From: Octopus vulgaris
Taxonomy: Eukaryota
NCBI GenBank assembly: GCA_951406725.2
Contig: OX597832.1
Location: 64,728,001 to 64,792,000, forward strand
Reading direction: 5' to 3'
DNA: 64,000 nucleotides
The stretch's first letter is position 1. Each line of letters opens with the position of its first letter. The position numbers and the translations under genes were made by a program. This document shows positions 40,961 to 55,661 of the stretch, piece by piece. Under the pieces are notes generated by a model. The model had not been told where the DNA came from. It saw only the letters and a list, made by a program, of their open reading frames with translations, and did not search any database.

Positions 40961-43554
40961 CATTGAAATGAGTATTAGGTTCCAGTTTAATCTTTTAGCA
41001 TTAAGGTGTCTTCATATTTCCTCAATAGAATTTTATGTTGAGTTCGCAACAAAAGCTTCCGTATATCCAACATTTAAATATCACATGTAAACCTTCCCAG
41101 TCTCTCCATCAAGAATGAAGTGATGGTAACAATGCCGGCATTGTTCGTGCGTTTTACTGCATGTCACAAAGTCCCATAGGAAATACTTTTATCATTGATC
41201 GAAATATCATCGCCATATTAAAAAATTATACATCGTGTAAGTCCCGATAGATTTCATGATTTATTTTGTATCGATTTATTGGCTCGTATGTTGTTATAAG
41301 TAAAGTTTCTATAGTTATTGTTATATAGAATACTACAAGTAATGAGAAGCCTAACAATAGCCGAATGCAGAGTCATTCTCACAATAGAATCCCATAAATA
41401 ATGTGAAAATAACTGAGCGTGCTTTACTTAAGCTTGAAACATTAATGGACTAAAGTATTAAGGTAAAGTATTGTTCCAAACTGAATATAAAAGACTAATA
41501 AGGCAATATGAAAAGCCCTCAACAAAAAAGATTAAATGTTCAACATAACCATGTGTTTAATGTAACGGGTTTGAAGTAAAAGTAGATTTTATTTACTTAT
41601 CCAGAAGTAGTGTTACATAATACTGCAGTGATGTGTTATGTAACATTACTTGTATAAATACATATAGATGACTGCATATGTATACATATCTATACACATT
41701 TGTGAAGAATAGAAGAAAAGAGCAAAAGTATTTTATGTAGATTATATAATTTAGTGGTAATCAATGGCTGATGCATTTCATCCTTATTGGGTTTCTGTAT
41801 AAATGACTCTCTTCGTGTGTATGAAAGTACACATATACATAGGTGTGTGTGTGTGTGGGGGGGTGTGTTTTTGTGTGAGTGTACATTGAAGTGTCTTAAA
41901 AACAAAATTTACTATGTTGTTAGTGACACCTCGAATTCTGCAAATGAGTTACACTTTAAACTCAGACATACACATCTCTCTCGTGCTGCTTGTGTTTGTG
42001 TGTATGTGTTTGTGTGTGCGTGTGTGTGTCTGTATGTGTGTGTGTGTGTTTCCAGAGACTTGTTAGATAACCTTCGTGGTCGTGTATCGTTCAAGGTGCT
42101 GCTGAATGAATATTCCTAGATAGAGTTGATGCGTGTAAATGCGTCTGTAAACACAGGCCTCTAGTATTGACATCCAACGCATACGAAAGAATCTTAATAT
42201 ACTCTACACTGTATATACAGTCCTTTTTTTTTAATTTCTGTCCATTACAAACAACACATAGACGCATATTTATGTAGCTTATATAATTTACAGGTATTGA
42301 AGTTCAACTTCAATATAAATTACAATGACCTGTACTATCGTATAGTGCAAAGAAATTGTTTTCACTGTTATCATACACAAATATACATACATGTACGTGC
42401 GTGTGTGTCAATGCGTACGCATGCGCGTACATATATATACATATATATATATATATATATGGGGGGGGGGCATACACAGGAGAGAGAGAGGTATATTATA
42501 AGTCAAAGCTGGAGGCCCAGGGATCAAAATTATTCCTACTTGTTGGAAATCGTTATTTTTGACCCAGTATTTGCATAGAACTTCAAATAGCAAAAGAGAC
42601 GAATTTTATATTGAATAGGAACACTTTGCCGTTTTTACTTAGTTTATACACATATGAAGCTTCTGTGTTTAGGTTTTATGTCCCTATGCTTACGTGTATA
42701 TAACAATATAATTGTATTTCTACACATATGTATAGACCAATTTGTATATGCACATGTATATACATTTGCTTTCCATGTACATGTACGTGTATATAGTTAC
42801 ATACGAGTACATGTTTGCATATCAATATTCACATGTGTATTTAAAAGTATATATACAAGCAGATACACTTGTATATCGATAACCATTCATATATATATGT
42901 GTGTGTGTGTGTATGTGTGTGTGTGTGTGTGTGTGTCTGTATGTGTGCAATTGAATATATGTATATATATTTATATATGGAGGCATAGCTGATTGCATGT
43001 ATATATGCGCACGTACGTATATTTTTCTACAGACATAAGTGGTACGCGTGGCATCGTTTCAGGTAGCGGATCACAGACATTCAAGAAGATATATAAGCAG
43101 AAAATAACACGGATTTCACACATAACCACTCAAGACAGCTCCAAATATATTCGCCTGATACACACACACACAGAGTTATATATATATATATACACACACA
43201 CTGAAATATACGCGCGTGCCTTATATAGGTTATCACAATACATTTATGAACAATAATAAAGGCGTACAGTACCGAGACAATTAATCTTTAAAACCATATA
43301 TGTGTATCTACAGTTCAGTATAAATAAACAGTTATATACAATTCTGTGAATATACTTATGTGCGTCTATGTATTTATGCCTGTAGGGTCTGTAAAAGGAC
43401 ACAAGTACTATAAACGATGATAGCCACAGTTGAATTAGACATATATATATATATGTGTGTGTGTAAATTTGTTATACAGGGATGATAAATTAGCACTGCA
43501 GATTCTGCTATTTTGCGAATAAGGCGTGGTGTTACATTATTATTATCATTATTC

Positions 43555-43665
<111 letters not shown>

Positions 43666-46573
43666 GGTTTGAGTGTATATTCGTAAGGGGAAATGTCTAC
43701 TACATCATCTTTACTTTGACTGCAGGTACTCTTAATTTTATTTGTACAAATGTAAACTTCTCTCTCTCTCTCTGTATAATAATGATTTAAAATATTATTG
43801 GTTTGCTTCCCGCGCGTTTATTGCTCCCGTTATATATTTTGTCATTCCTATCTTTTATATTCTTTCAGTAGAGCATACTAAAGCTATTTATCATTAACCT
43901 TCGGAGACAGTTATTTATTCACGATAATATATATACAGCAACTAATTCGTTCTTTTCCCGTTCTATACAGATTTATATAGCAACAGCTCAGGATGTCAAC
44001 AACTGCTATATATTTTGTGAATACACGCACAGACTGTCTGTAGTTCAACTGCAGGTAATATGAAGAATAATCAACGAAACTACGAAACGTATCACGAAGT
44101 GTCCTCCTGTATAGCATTGTAGAATGGTCTCAAAATAAAATGTGTCAGAGCATCACCAGTCAGAACACGAAAAAGTCTCTACAAGATAGCTCGACAAGGT
44201 AGAATTGGCAGCCAGCTCTCCCTCATATGCATGTATATATGTATATATACACATGAACCAATGAGAATCAATTCTACGTGAAGAGTAGATATGGCAGAAC
44301 ATCCGAATCTCCCACAAATAACATTCTCTCTGCCCCCCTTCTCTCTCTCTCTCACACACACACACATACACACCATATGTATATTAGGCCACTTACCAAC
44401 CAGACTATATAGAACAACTTTCTAATTCGATCCCCAACACGTTCTTTTTTTTTTTGTGTGTGTATACATATTATTTAATCGACATAAGGTACAAATGACT
44501 CGTGGGTCCAGACTTTCATTTGCACTTATCATGCAAGCCTAAGTGCCAATGCACTAAAACCATTAAACACACACACATGAATATGTGTGTTTTGATTTAT
44601 CTATACACTAACCGGGAAGATATCTTCCTTCTATCTAGAACTGAATGAAACCAGCAGGCAAATCACTGTATAATCAAACGTAACTGTTCTCTCTCTTTCA
44701 GCCTGATACTGTTTCCGGATATTGTCTGGAATGCCTTCCAGTGCATGTATATAAGAATAAAGTGTATTCTTTCATATCATTCAACAGATTTACTTGACCG
44801 CTACGCGCATAACGAACGTTTGTTACAGATACATACATTCATTTCATACACGTGAATACACGAATACCCTATTTTATGCTGTTCACAGTACTTTTATTAC
44901 TTGTTTATAAACCCAATCGGTTTTTTTCATGTCTACACGTATTTGCTTATCCTCTCTCTCTCCCTCACTCTCTCTCTCGCTCTTTCTCTCACACACACAT
45001 GTCCAGAATAGTTTCGAATATCTGGCATAGTATGTATGTAGAAGTGCTTAGCGCTGTTACACAATCAGGAATATCTATGCTTCTCTAGCTACAACTAATC
45101 TAATATATTTAGAAACGATGTAAAATATTATTGTACTTGTTGAATTTGGTTTGATAATATATAAAATGTGATAGTTACTAGCAATACGCCAAAGCAATAA
45201 ATATTTTCCTTTGCCGACCCATTCTACATTATCCGCTGAGATTGTTAGAGCTCTACACACATGACGTACGTACACAAAGTGATTTACTTGCACGTCTACA
45301 CTATTACATATAAATATTGTGTTTATGTTCGTTATATAACATGTGGAAGTGTGTGCAAGGATAAATTATATGAATTTCGTATGTAGGCATTATGTATTAT
45401 AAATGTCCTATCTTTATACACACCTGTATATAGAGCTTGTTAATATACGTGTGAGAATGTATGGGTTTGTATTGTTATAAATTTACGGACGGGTTGTGTA
45501 GATCTTTCAATTCCACATTGGTTCCACGCAATTCTATCAAAGAAGTTTCAATCACATTTCAAAATGGCGTTTGTGTCGTAACATTTAACATGAAGTGTTT
45601 TAATGGCGATATTCATAGAGAAAAATATACAGAGAACGAAGATATTGTGTTTGTAGAAATATCAGGAAATCATAAATTGAAATAAATTGTCAGTCTATTA
45701 GATTCACTCTATTTTGTTGATTCAGTATAGAATACGAAAATAGATTGTTACATTATTTCTCCAAGATTTTAAAAGTTTCTTCTGCTATGTGTTCTTGCTT
45801 GTCATTGAATTATCGATACATCAATAGCGGGCGGCATATGATTGGTGTTGGTGATTATTGAGATGTTATTGCTAACTTTCATTCAATTTGTTTTTCTGAA
45901 TCATCAGCAACCAAAAAGAGATGGCGGTGGCACCGTGATTTTAATGCCTCTATGCTCTGATATTACTTCTCTTCCATAAAAGATATTTGGCGATTATCAT
46001 TAAAACTAACAGAAATGTCAGTAAAGAATAGAAGACGTTAATGTACTTTGGGTGTAATCGTAGAACTGTACACAGAGACCGTCAGGATGGCTACTACTGG
46101 GTCTTTCTTGCTAGAAATATCAGCGATATCTTTAACTCACACCCTTTGTTTTAAAGAAGGGTCACATTGGATACTGCAAATCAATCTGTTTTTAACAATT
46201 GGGATATTCACAACCGGAACACTGTTGGTATTTGATTGATTTACTCCAACAGGCTTGATAAAGTCAACAACATTTTGAATTGCCAGAGCACATTTTAACG
46301 CCTTGTACTTAATATTTTTATGGATTGACTTTGACATTACTTATTACCTATTCAGTTTTGAATTCCCTCTCTATATAAGGAGATATAGTTTGTTCTTGTA
46401 CGTGAAATTGCAATACTGAAAATGTATAAAGTATTTTGTTAGTTTTCATCTTTGTCAAACATTTTTGTTGTTTCCTTATACAAGAAACTCAACTCGAAGC
46501 CTCAGTCGAAAGCTTTTAGTAAAAATAAAAAGAAAAGAAAAAAGAAACAACACGAATATATTTCTCTATTTAA

Positions 46574-46789
46574 GGCGGCGAGCTGGCAGATTCGTTAGCA
46601 CGCCGGGCAAAATGCTTAGCGGTAATTCATCTGTCTTTACGTTCTTAGTTCAAATTCCGCCGAGGTCGACTGTGCCTTTCATCCTGTCGGGGTTGGTAAA
46701 TTAAGTACCAGTTGCGTACTGGAGTCGATCTAATCGACTGGCCCCTTCACCCAAAATTTCGGGCCTCGTACCTAGATTAGAAAAGAGTC
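46574..46789 (+). mobile_element. SINE family B, full length with TSD
   Basis: ggcggcgagctggcag head, gttcaaattcc B-box, Meta-like gaggtcgactgtgcctttcatcc...aagtaccag; 12-bp direct repeat tatttctctatt at 46559-70 and 46790-801. Confidence 0.92.
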
Positions 46790-48138
46790 TATTTCTCTAT
46801 TATCTCATTTCTTGGGAAAATAATGTCCACGGAATCCACCACTTTTAAGACAAATATTCTCTAATTACTACTAGCTGTGTAATTAAGACTTTCGTAAAAG
46901 GTCTTGTTTTTGCTTCAATCTCATTGTATGGCAACTTGAGAAGGATTCGTGTTTTACTATGGTTTTGTTGACCATAACACTTCCTAGACATTTAGTTGAC
47001 AGATATTGTAAAATTCACAGAGAAAAACCATCTCCTTAACTAAGTAAATATCAATAAAACCAAACCGTTTGATTATTGTATTAATTCCTATGTATTCTCT
47101 TCCAAAAGAACCGCCATGTAATTAAATGAACCTTTTCTTAGTTATTGGTTATTGCTTCATAAGTTCCCATAATCATTGTATTAATATTTGGATGTTGTTC
47201 AAAGAGAAAATTATTCATCTCTCCATTGTATCTCTTTTGATCTTATTGATATTATATATGTGACATCAGCATCAAATTTTGAAATATCTGCTTGAAAAAT
47301 AATCGCAAACATGACCGCCGTTGGTAAACAAACGACAGATGTGACACAATATTAGTCAAATTATTACATAACATTCCAATAATCATTTTTTTCCTTTCTT
47401 TTCATATCAATGAAAAAAGTACAATAATTTTTCATCCGATAAAAAAGCACAATAAAATTAAGAGTTTTCTGATGAATAATTAGCGTCTTGCAAATAATTA
47501 ATAACCTACAATTTCGGCCAATCATTGACAATTTTGAGGTTAGCCAACAGTACATGATATCGACTAATATATAGTAATTACTAAATTATTAAATAATGTG
47601 TGGTGTAAATATATAATATAAAAAAATAGTAAATGCTAAGTGTTGACAAAAGGATCAGATATAAAGGTGCATATAAGATTACTCTTGTTATTTTGTTTAA
47701 TTTGGCCGTCACTGACGACCACCCTGTCCTAATCTGTGTATCGAGACGTGATAAATATTACATCGGTTTCCGAAGAACGAAAAAAATGAAAGACTTGAAA
47801 TAAACTTGGTGCGAACTGACGAAAAATGATAATAAATGAGATGGTGCAAAGTACATTGTCCAGTTCTGCCATCTCATACGCATACGGGGGGGGGGAGCGA
47901 GAGGGGAAGAGAGGAAGAAAGAGAGCGAGAAGGGAAGAGAGACAGAAAGAGAGCGAGACGGGGAAGAGAGAAAGAAAGAGGGAGAGAACATTTCCCAGGC
48001 GTTTCTTCTAAATCATCGTCACTACTTCCCAATATTCTCATTCCTGCCGACATAGCAGATTCTGCTCCTCTGAGGAGGATCAATAAGGAGGGGAATTTTA
48101 CAAGCTAATGAATAACTTTACTTTTACATATATACTAC

Positions 48139-48175
<37 letters not shown>

Positions 48176-48178
<3 letters not shown>

Positions 48179-48470
48179 AATTTATAAATGAGGGTGAAAA
48201 ATCGATATTAATTTAATAATACCATTAATTTAACACCGAGTGGCTTAGCACAAAAAACTACGGAGAAAATACAAATTTATACATAAATTATTAGAGAGTT
48301 AACCACTATGTGGATAACTGTAGTGCTAAAATTAGCTCCGAAGCAACCACAGAAGATCAGTTTCCAACTAGAATCAACATACATTTAACGGAAGGAAAGT
48401 GAAATATAACGAACAAAATAGATTTTTTAGCACTAGAGTTATCTACATAGTGGTTAACTCTCTAATAATT

Positions 48471-48478
<8 letters not shown>
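48176..48478 (-). mobile_element. (TA)n-embedded element with 54-bp inverted repeat, probable Penelope-like terminus
   Basis: Arms 48278-48331 and 48425-48478 (2 mismatches), 93-nt spacer, 102-nt one-sided tail, (TA)n on both sides. No hammerhead core seen. Confidence 0.55.
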
Positions 48479-48538
<60 letters not shown>

Positions 48539-49182
48539 AGCGTGCACACATTTCTTTCATATTTACACACATACACATACATATTTCTTATATGCTCATG
48601 AATAGTAGTATGTGCGTGCGTCTACATACACGACACTCTACCCTGTCACTTGTTATTCAGAGAATGTTTCTCTCTGCCACACAAGTCACATCCACTATTA
48701 ACTTCTGGTGAGCATTCGCCTCCATAGCACAACACTACAAATGCAAATATGCTTATTTTATTTTACCACTGATATATGCATGAATCTCTTTTAATCCTTT
48801 ACGTTCTAATCATTTATGATACTCGTTTCTAAATCACATAAAAGATTAGCCTAACGAGAAAAATATTTAAAAAATAAAAACCTAAAACCTTTATCTGAGA
48901 TTTCAGATAGCATACATGTTGTACTAAATCTTCCCATGTTATTTCTGTTCTTGAGTGGATAATATTTTATAAGCGGAAAAACGGCAAAGGTAAAAGAAAA
49001 TTAAGTGCAAGAACAGTAAGAGGATGTGAAAAAATATATAAAATAAGGCAAGCGCTGAAAATAAAACTCTGATATACTGCTAATAATAACTATAGTAAAA
49101 ACTTAAAATAATCAAAATTTCCAGCAATGCACACACGTATATATATGAGAGAGAGAGAGAGATATAAAGAGATACATATCTT

Positions 49183-49228
<46 letters not shown>

Positions 49229-49830
49229 TATATAGATACAGAGATAAATACATACGGACAAACACACAGGCACACACACGCATACGTGGATACACATGTA
49301 TATACACAGAAATACACACACAAAAGCTCTCACACACACATATATATTTATGCATATACATAATAAATATACATACATATATGCGTACACACACATATAT
49401 ACAAGCAAAAACACACGCGCCTGTGCATATGTTTGCGTGTCCCCGGTGTATTCTACACTAGGGCGAGAGAACAAAATGAAAATAGTTTTTAAACTTTATG
49501 TAAAAAAATATGTAAACATCTAAGTTAATAGCAATTTTGACTTTTTATAGAGAAATATGTGTAAAAGAAAAAAAAATTAGGAAAGAAGGTTAAAAAGGCC
49601 GTAAAATGTTAAATTTCGGGTCCTATTCACAGTTATTTTGAGAAATTTTTAACACGAGTCAAATAAATAATAAAGAGAAAGTCCATAGTGTCTTTTTTTC
49701 CTCTTTAATTTTTCATGTTATATACTTATTGCGATAAAGTGAACGTGGAATATAAAATTGAAACTTGATTTAAATTGCAATATACATGCATACAAACACA
49801 CACATATATGTGTGTATATACGTATGTATG

Positions 49831-49881
<51 letters not shown>

Positions 49882-50461
49882 ATGTAAAATATATATGTAT
49901 GTATTATATATATATCGATATATATTTGTGTGTAATAAATCTATGGATGATGTGTGAGTGTGTGTACAAAATACGGTGAACTATTAAGTGATTTTATTGC
50001 TAAGAAGGAAAGAAAAAAAGTATTTCGATTCGAGATCCCGTAGTATCAGAAACGTATAAGAAAGCAAAATAAACTCGAGTTAAAAATATAAATTTAATTT
50101 TGTAGTCTGTCCCCTCACCATAAACATAAAATGAAATCAATGTGCAAATCGACGTGGTGGAAGCCATTAAGTTACGTAATTTTAACTCTGATGCTTCCTA
50201 AAGCCAACAACATATAATTTGACAAATGGCTCAAAGAATTGTAAAATGCTCCATTTATTTCATGTAATTTTACCTGTTTTTCCTCACATATAAGGATAAA
50301 GTTTCCTTTAGGTAATTATTATTATTATCATTATTAATATTGTTATTATCAATATTATTATTATTACTATTATTATTATTAGCTACGATTGATTTTACTG
50401 TCATTATTAATATTAAATACTTCTCTTACTACAACTATTATCATTGTTAATATAGGGTGTA

Positions 50462-51078
50462 CGGTATTTCGTCTGCAACTACGTTCTGAGTTGAAATTCC
50501 GCCTTGCTCGACTTTGCCTTTCATCCTTTCGGAGTCAATAAATTAAGTACCAGTTGCATACAGGTGTCGATATAATCGACTGGCCACCTCCTCCAAAACT
50601 TGTGCCTATAGTAGAAAGTATTATTATTATTATAAACGATTTCTTTTACTATTATTATGAAAATTTCCGTTACTACAACAATTATCATTATTATTATGGA
50701 GTGTAGGGCGGCGAGCTGGCAGAATCGTTAGCACGCCGGGTAAAATGCTTAGCGGTATTTCGTCTGCCGCTGCGTTCTGAGTTCAAATTTCGCCGAGGTC
50801 GACTTTGCCTTTCATCCTTTCGGGGTCGATTAAATAAGTACCAGTTATGCACTGGGGTCGATATAATCGACTTAATCCGTTTGTCTGTCCTTGTTCGTCC
50901 CCTCTGTGTTTAGCCCCTTGTGGGTAGTAAAGAAATAGATATTTCTTCCGACTTCACGTTCTTAGTGCAAATTGCGCTGAGGTCACCTTTACTTTTCATC
51001 CTTTAGTACTGGGTTCGATGTAATGACTAATCGCCCACCATAAAATTTCATGCCGTCTGCCTAGAAGAGAAGATTATC
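50462..51078 (+). mobile_element. Cluster of three SINE family B units (50462-50620 headless, 50707-50937 full, 50938-51078 headless)
   Basis: Repeated ggtatttcgtctgc...gttcaaatt...gcctttcatcctt blocks; the middle copy has a different 3' tail. Confidence 0.88.
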
Positions 51079-51251
51079 TTTATTATTTTGATGTGGTTTG
51101 ACAGAACCGTTCGATCATCGGAAAAATTGCTTTGCGATCTATATCTGTATTTATATATCTATCTAATCGTAGAGACTATTGTTGGTGTGCGTTTGAGAGA
51201 ATTGTATTATGTATTAAAGTGTACGGTATACTTGCCACGAGCTGTAGGAAA

Positions 51252-51288
51252 CGCCAACGTTTCGGACAAGGTTCTTCGTCAGAGAAAA
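51252..51288 (-). ncRNA. Minimal hammerhead-like motif (Penelope pLTR type), partly decayed
   Basis: Minus strand ttct-CTGACGA-a-gaac-ctt-gtcc-GAAAC-GTT-ggcg; palindromic AACGTT replaces stem III; stems I and II each have a mismatch. About 90 nt downstream it runs into GATA/TA repeats. Confidence 0.55.
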
Positions 51289-51816
51289 GCTGGTAGGAAA
51301 GAAATCTAATAGACACAGCAAAGTTCTAAATACACACACTTATCATTATGACTTCTGTAATGTATTAATTTCCTCTCAGTCTATATCTCTGTCTGTATAT
51401 CTGTCTGTTATTCTCTGAAGGTTAATATTACGTTTCTTTCTCCCCGCAGCTGTCTTTTGCGATCCGTATATCACTTTCCTCTTTATATATTTGTTTGTAT
51501 ATATCTCAACCGCTGTCGTTCTCCTTTTCTTCTTCTACACAGACGTAAACACGGATCTACTTCTGCTAACTTTTATGAATCTCTGTCTACTTAATTTTCT
51601 TCTATTTTTTTCATCGCTATCAATAACTACATAATTTTCTTATCAATATTACAAACACCGAAGCATATACTGTATTTGTCTCTTACTCCTCGACCTATCT
51701 TCTCCTCCCCTCTCCTGTCTCTATATCTTTATAACCCTTTTCATTATTTTTCTCTGTCTCTCTCTCTGTCTCTCTGTCTCTCTCTCTCTATATATATATC
51801 TATATATATCTATATA

Positions 51817-51886
<70 letters not shown>

Positions 51887-52062
51887 TATAGACTTGGTTT
51901 TCCTACTCTTTGCCTCTATTAATACAACATTACATCATCATCAATGTCGCACACCGAGGCATCAAGCAAAACATTAAGTTTCTACAAGCGAGACTTCGAT
52001 TTCCAAATAGATTCAACATAACAAGCAAAAGAGACATTATTACTGAAAGGGTGGAACGAGAA

Positions 52063-52145
<83 letters not shown>

Positions 52146-52576
52146 CATATATATATAGCGATCCGCCATTTTAGTCTTGATATAGTAATGTTTTATCAAA
52201 TCTCCCCAGCTAGAGGAATTAGAAAAGCGAGACATGTGTCATGCTTGCTTATTCCGAATAGAAATTTTAGATAAGAATCGGTCTTGCTGCCAGTTATTTC
52301 TATCCAAATTTTCCACCTGGTTGATACATCAAAGTGGAAATAAATACACCGTGACCAAACTTACTCTTTCTGCTCTCCTTTCTTTCTTTTTTTCTTTCAC
52401 TGTTTGTTCATTTGTTTATTTACTTCATAATTTCTTTCATGCACACATTCCTTTACTTTTCTTTCTTTCTTTACATCTTTTACTTTCCCTCTTATCTATT
52501 TCTTGCTTTCTTATAATTCATTTCATTATCTCTGTTTGATTCTCCTCTTTACTATTAATCTTACTATTATTCCTGC

Positions 52577-52624
<48 letters not shown>

Positions 52625-53061
52625 CATCATCCTCATGATCATAGTAGTAGTAGTAGTGGTAGTATCTGATTTCTGTTCTTAATATTTATATAACTTTCTT
52701 TCAAATTATATCATTCAAAGCTGGTAATAAATCCATTTCGTGTGATGCTCTGTAGTTTCAAATGATGGCCGCTGGATGAACATTATGATGATAATCATCA
52801 TCATGGTCAGAGTTATCATCATCATGATACACTTATTTTATCACAATCACTATCACCACCACCATCAATCATCATCGCAATACGTCCTGTTACGCTAAAT
52901 TCCATACTCCTCTACTTTCAATTTGTACACACCACTGAACTCTGCCATACAGGGTTCTCCTCAACTTTGCTTGCAGTAACGAGAGCAACTTCCTCTCAAA
53001 AACAATAAACAAATAATGAAACAGATTCCATAGATCCAACTAATGGAAATTTATTATTATT

Positions 53062-53190
53062 GCTAGTTCTGCTGAGGTCAACTTTGCTCTTCATCGTTTC
53101 TTTGTCAAAATGCGTCCTAGTTGAACATTGGCGTCGAAGTAATCGACTTTCCCCCTCTCCCGGAATTGGTCTCATACCAAAATTTGAAAC

Positions 53191-53192
<2 letters not shown>
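53062..53192 (+). mobile_element. SINE family B 3' part with (TAT)n tail
   Basis: gaggtcaactttgctcttcatc...gtcgaagtaatcgac...ccaaaatttgaaacc(att)n. Confidence 0.7.
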
Positions 53193-53241
<49 letters not shown>

Positions 53242-54304
53242 CATTATTATTATTATCAGCAAGACGCCCTTCAAATCATTAGTAATTCTTTTGTTTGTTA
53301 ACTCTTTACTATTTAATCAGAGTGCCATTGGACTGGTAGTGATGTATACTTTGGACCTGACGGTACCGAGATTTTCGCCATCTACTAAAAGTAAATTGCA
53401 TACGGCACAATATGGTATCTTTCTTCCCACCTTAACTTCATGATTATACGCCAAACACCCACGAAGTTCACTAATGTCAACGAGGACAAAAGCAAAGAGG
53501 AACCACCGCAGCAACACATTTGAGTAAGATTTGCAACAACCAACAGCAACAACATTAGTCGCGGTAAAAGCAAGCCCAACTCAAACAACACAACCACCAT
53601 CCGACCAAACTAATGTTTGGCACCCACATCAACTCATTTGTTTCCATCAACACAACTAACACCTCCACAACAGTCACAGACAACCAGCAACGCGAAATGG
53701 TCTGTTTAACAACAAACAATGCCACCAAAACTGCCATTTGCAACAGACAGAAGCAGTAGCAATGCTTAGAATGATCATTCACAAAACAGAGTACATTCAC
53801 AATCTTCGGCGCAAAATTCTGCAACATAGACTTGAAAGTTTAGTTTAAGCAGTAAGTGAAAGGGTTGGCACTTGTCGTTGGTGGCCTGAATGGTGTTGTG
53901 TAGTTATCCGTCATCCCGAATAAATCTCACCACGTGAATTCCACCGCACGGCATGCGAAGAAAACAGGACAAGTGTAGCCATAAAGCTATTAATCAAAAT
54001 GAATTAAGGGAAGCATAAAACATTCCCGACATTTTCTATCAAAGGGCGCCATTTTAATAGTGACAGTGGTTGGCAGAAGGTCAAGGAGGAAGGAAATATG
54101 CAAAAAGCGGGGCATCATCATCGTTATTATTGTATGAGGTTGATGGTTTTCAGAATCCTTAAAATATTTGTTCCGGTTGTTTAGGTTTTGATTTCAAATC
54201 TTACCAACATCAATTTGTCCTTCATTCCTCTAAAGTCGATAAAATAACAAACCTGTCAAATACTGGGGTTGAATTACTTGATATTTTTCCGGATTTCTAT
54301 CTAA

Positions 54305-54346
<42 letters not shown>

Positions 54347-55554
54347 ATTATTATTTGTTTGTTTGTTTTCAATACTTTGTTGACCGAACATTTTTGGACA
54401 AGAGCAGGATGTTTTGCTGCGATTAGAAAGATTGTACTGAACAGTTGATTGAATTTTTTCCCCTCCTTTTATGGAAACTCAGCAGGACGATTAGATGAAG
54501 AGAAAAAGCGAAGAATCGAAAATATAAAAAAAGAACAATAACAAAAACCCTCGAAAGAATCAAATATTAAAAGCAAAACACTAAAAAATACACAAAGCAC
54601 ACAAGTGAACAAAGAAATCCAATCAATGTTATTTTGCCTTTGCACGTCATTTTGCTAAGTTTAGAAAGTTCTGGAACTGTTGTATATAAGAAAACTATGA
54701 AAAATAGATTTACTATGTAAACAGACGAATATCATCTGGAGTTGGAACAGCAGCAGACATGTTTTTTTTTCTTTTTCTTCGCTTTAAATTCTATTTGTGG
54801 ACGTCTAAAGGATGACAACTCGGATCTCGAAATGGATAATATTACAGTGAATTACTCAGGAGGTCGATATGTTGTCAACCAGTCTAGGGGACGTATTTTG
54901 TCAGCTACAACTGCGTAATATCAATTGCCCAAGTCAAGTAATTCAAAGAAAAATGAAAAAAATAGTACTAATGCCTCAAACCAGTTAGTTGTAAATATAT
55001 TATCGATAGGGCAAAGATAAATTCATCGATCAAATTAACAAAAGATAATTTACGAGGAGCAATGACCGGGTTGTAGTCTCCAGCAGTGTCTGAGGCATGG
55101 AGTCAGAGCCTTCGTTAACGATCAAGGAACTAGAAATGGTGGACTAAACTACTTCTAATACCATCCCAGTCTTTTTAAACGATATAAAGTGAATCAAAAT
55201 AAATGTCGTTTGGTGCACATGGGAAGCATACGAGATTGTCATGGTTGGAATGTATATGATCATAGACCCACTCGTGTAGCGGGTATAAGAGGCGCAGGGT
55301 AGCGATGATAACGTTGATGTCTTACAAGTTTCGTTCTTTAGGGTGGACAGATATCATAAGCTCTCATTTACCTCCAAAATCTTTCGTGCACTGGCTCCAG
55401 GTGTCACACCCTTGCCCACTGCCGCACCTGCTGCCCTAAAGTTCATAATGATGAGGTGCTGATGCAACTAGAAAGGCGAGCGAGCTTTCGAGAGACCAAA
55501 AATAAAGGGCGGAGAACCTGAAGAAGACCAAAGACCAGTTGTCGGTAACTGACT

Positions 55555-55661
55555 TTTTGCCCTTTGGCTATAGAACACACTTGGTCAGGATACAAGGTAA
55601 CAGAACTGAACCCAAAACCAAATGCTTGCAAAGTGGGCTTCTTAACCACATAACCATGCCT
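55555..55661 (-). mobile_element. SINE family A head fragment, diverged
   Basis: gctatagaacacacttg...actgaacccaaaacca...cttcttaaccacataaccatgcct. Confidence 0.6.

Noticed and set aside
46574-46660. tRNA-like A/B boxes
   Set aside because: SINE heads, not cloverleaf tRNA genes.
47837-47878. atgagatgg...ccatctcat hairpin
   Set aside because: Only 9 perfect bp, compatible with chance; does not match the bantam seed.
53555-53827. Hydrophobic 90-aa minus-strand ORF
   Set aside because: Hydrophobicity follows from GT-rich composition; no ATG start and no recognisable family.
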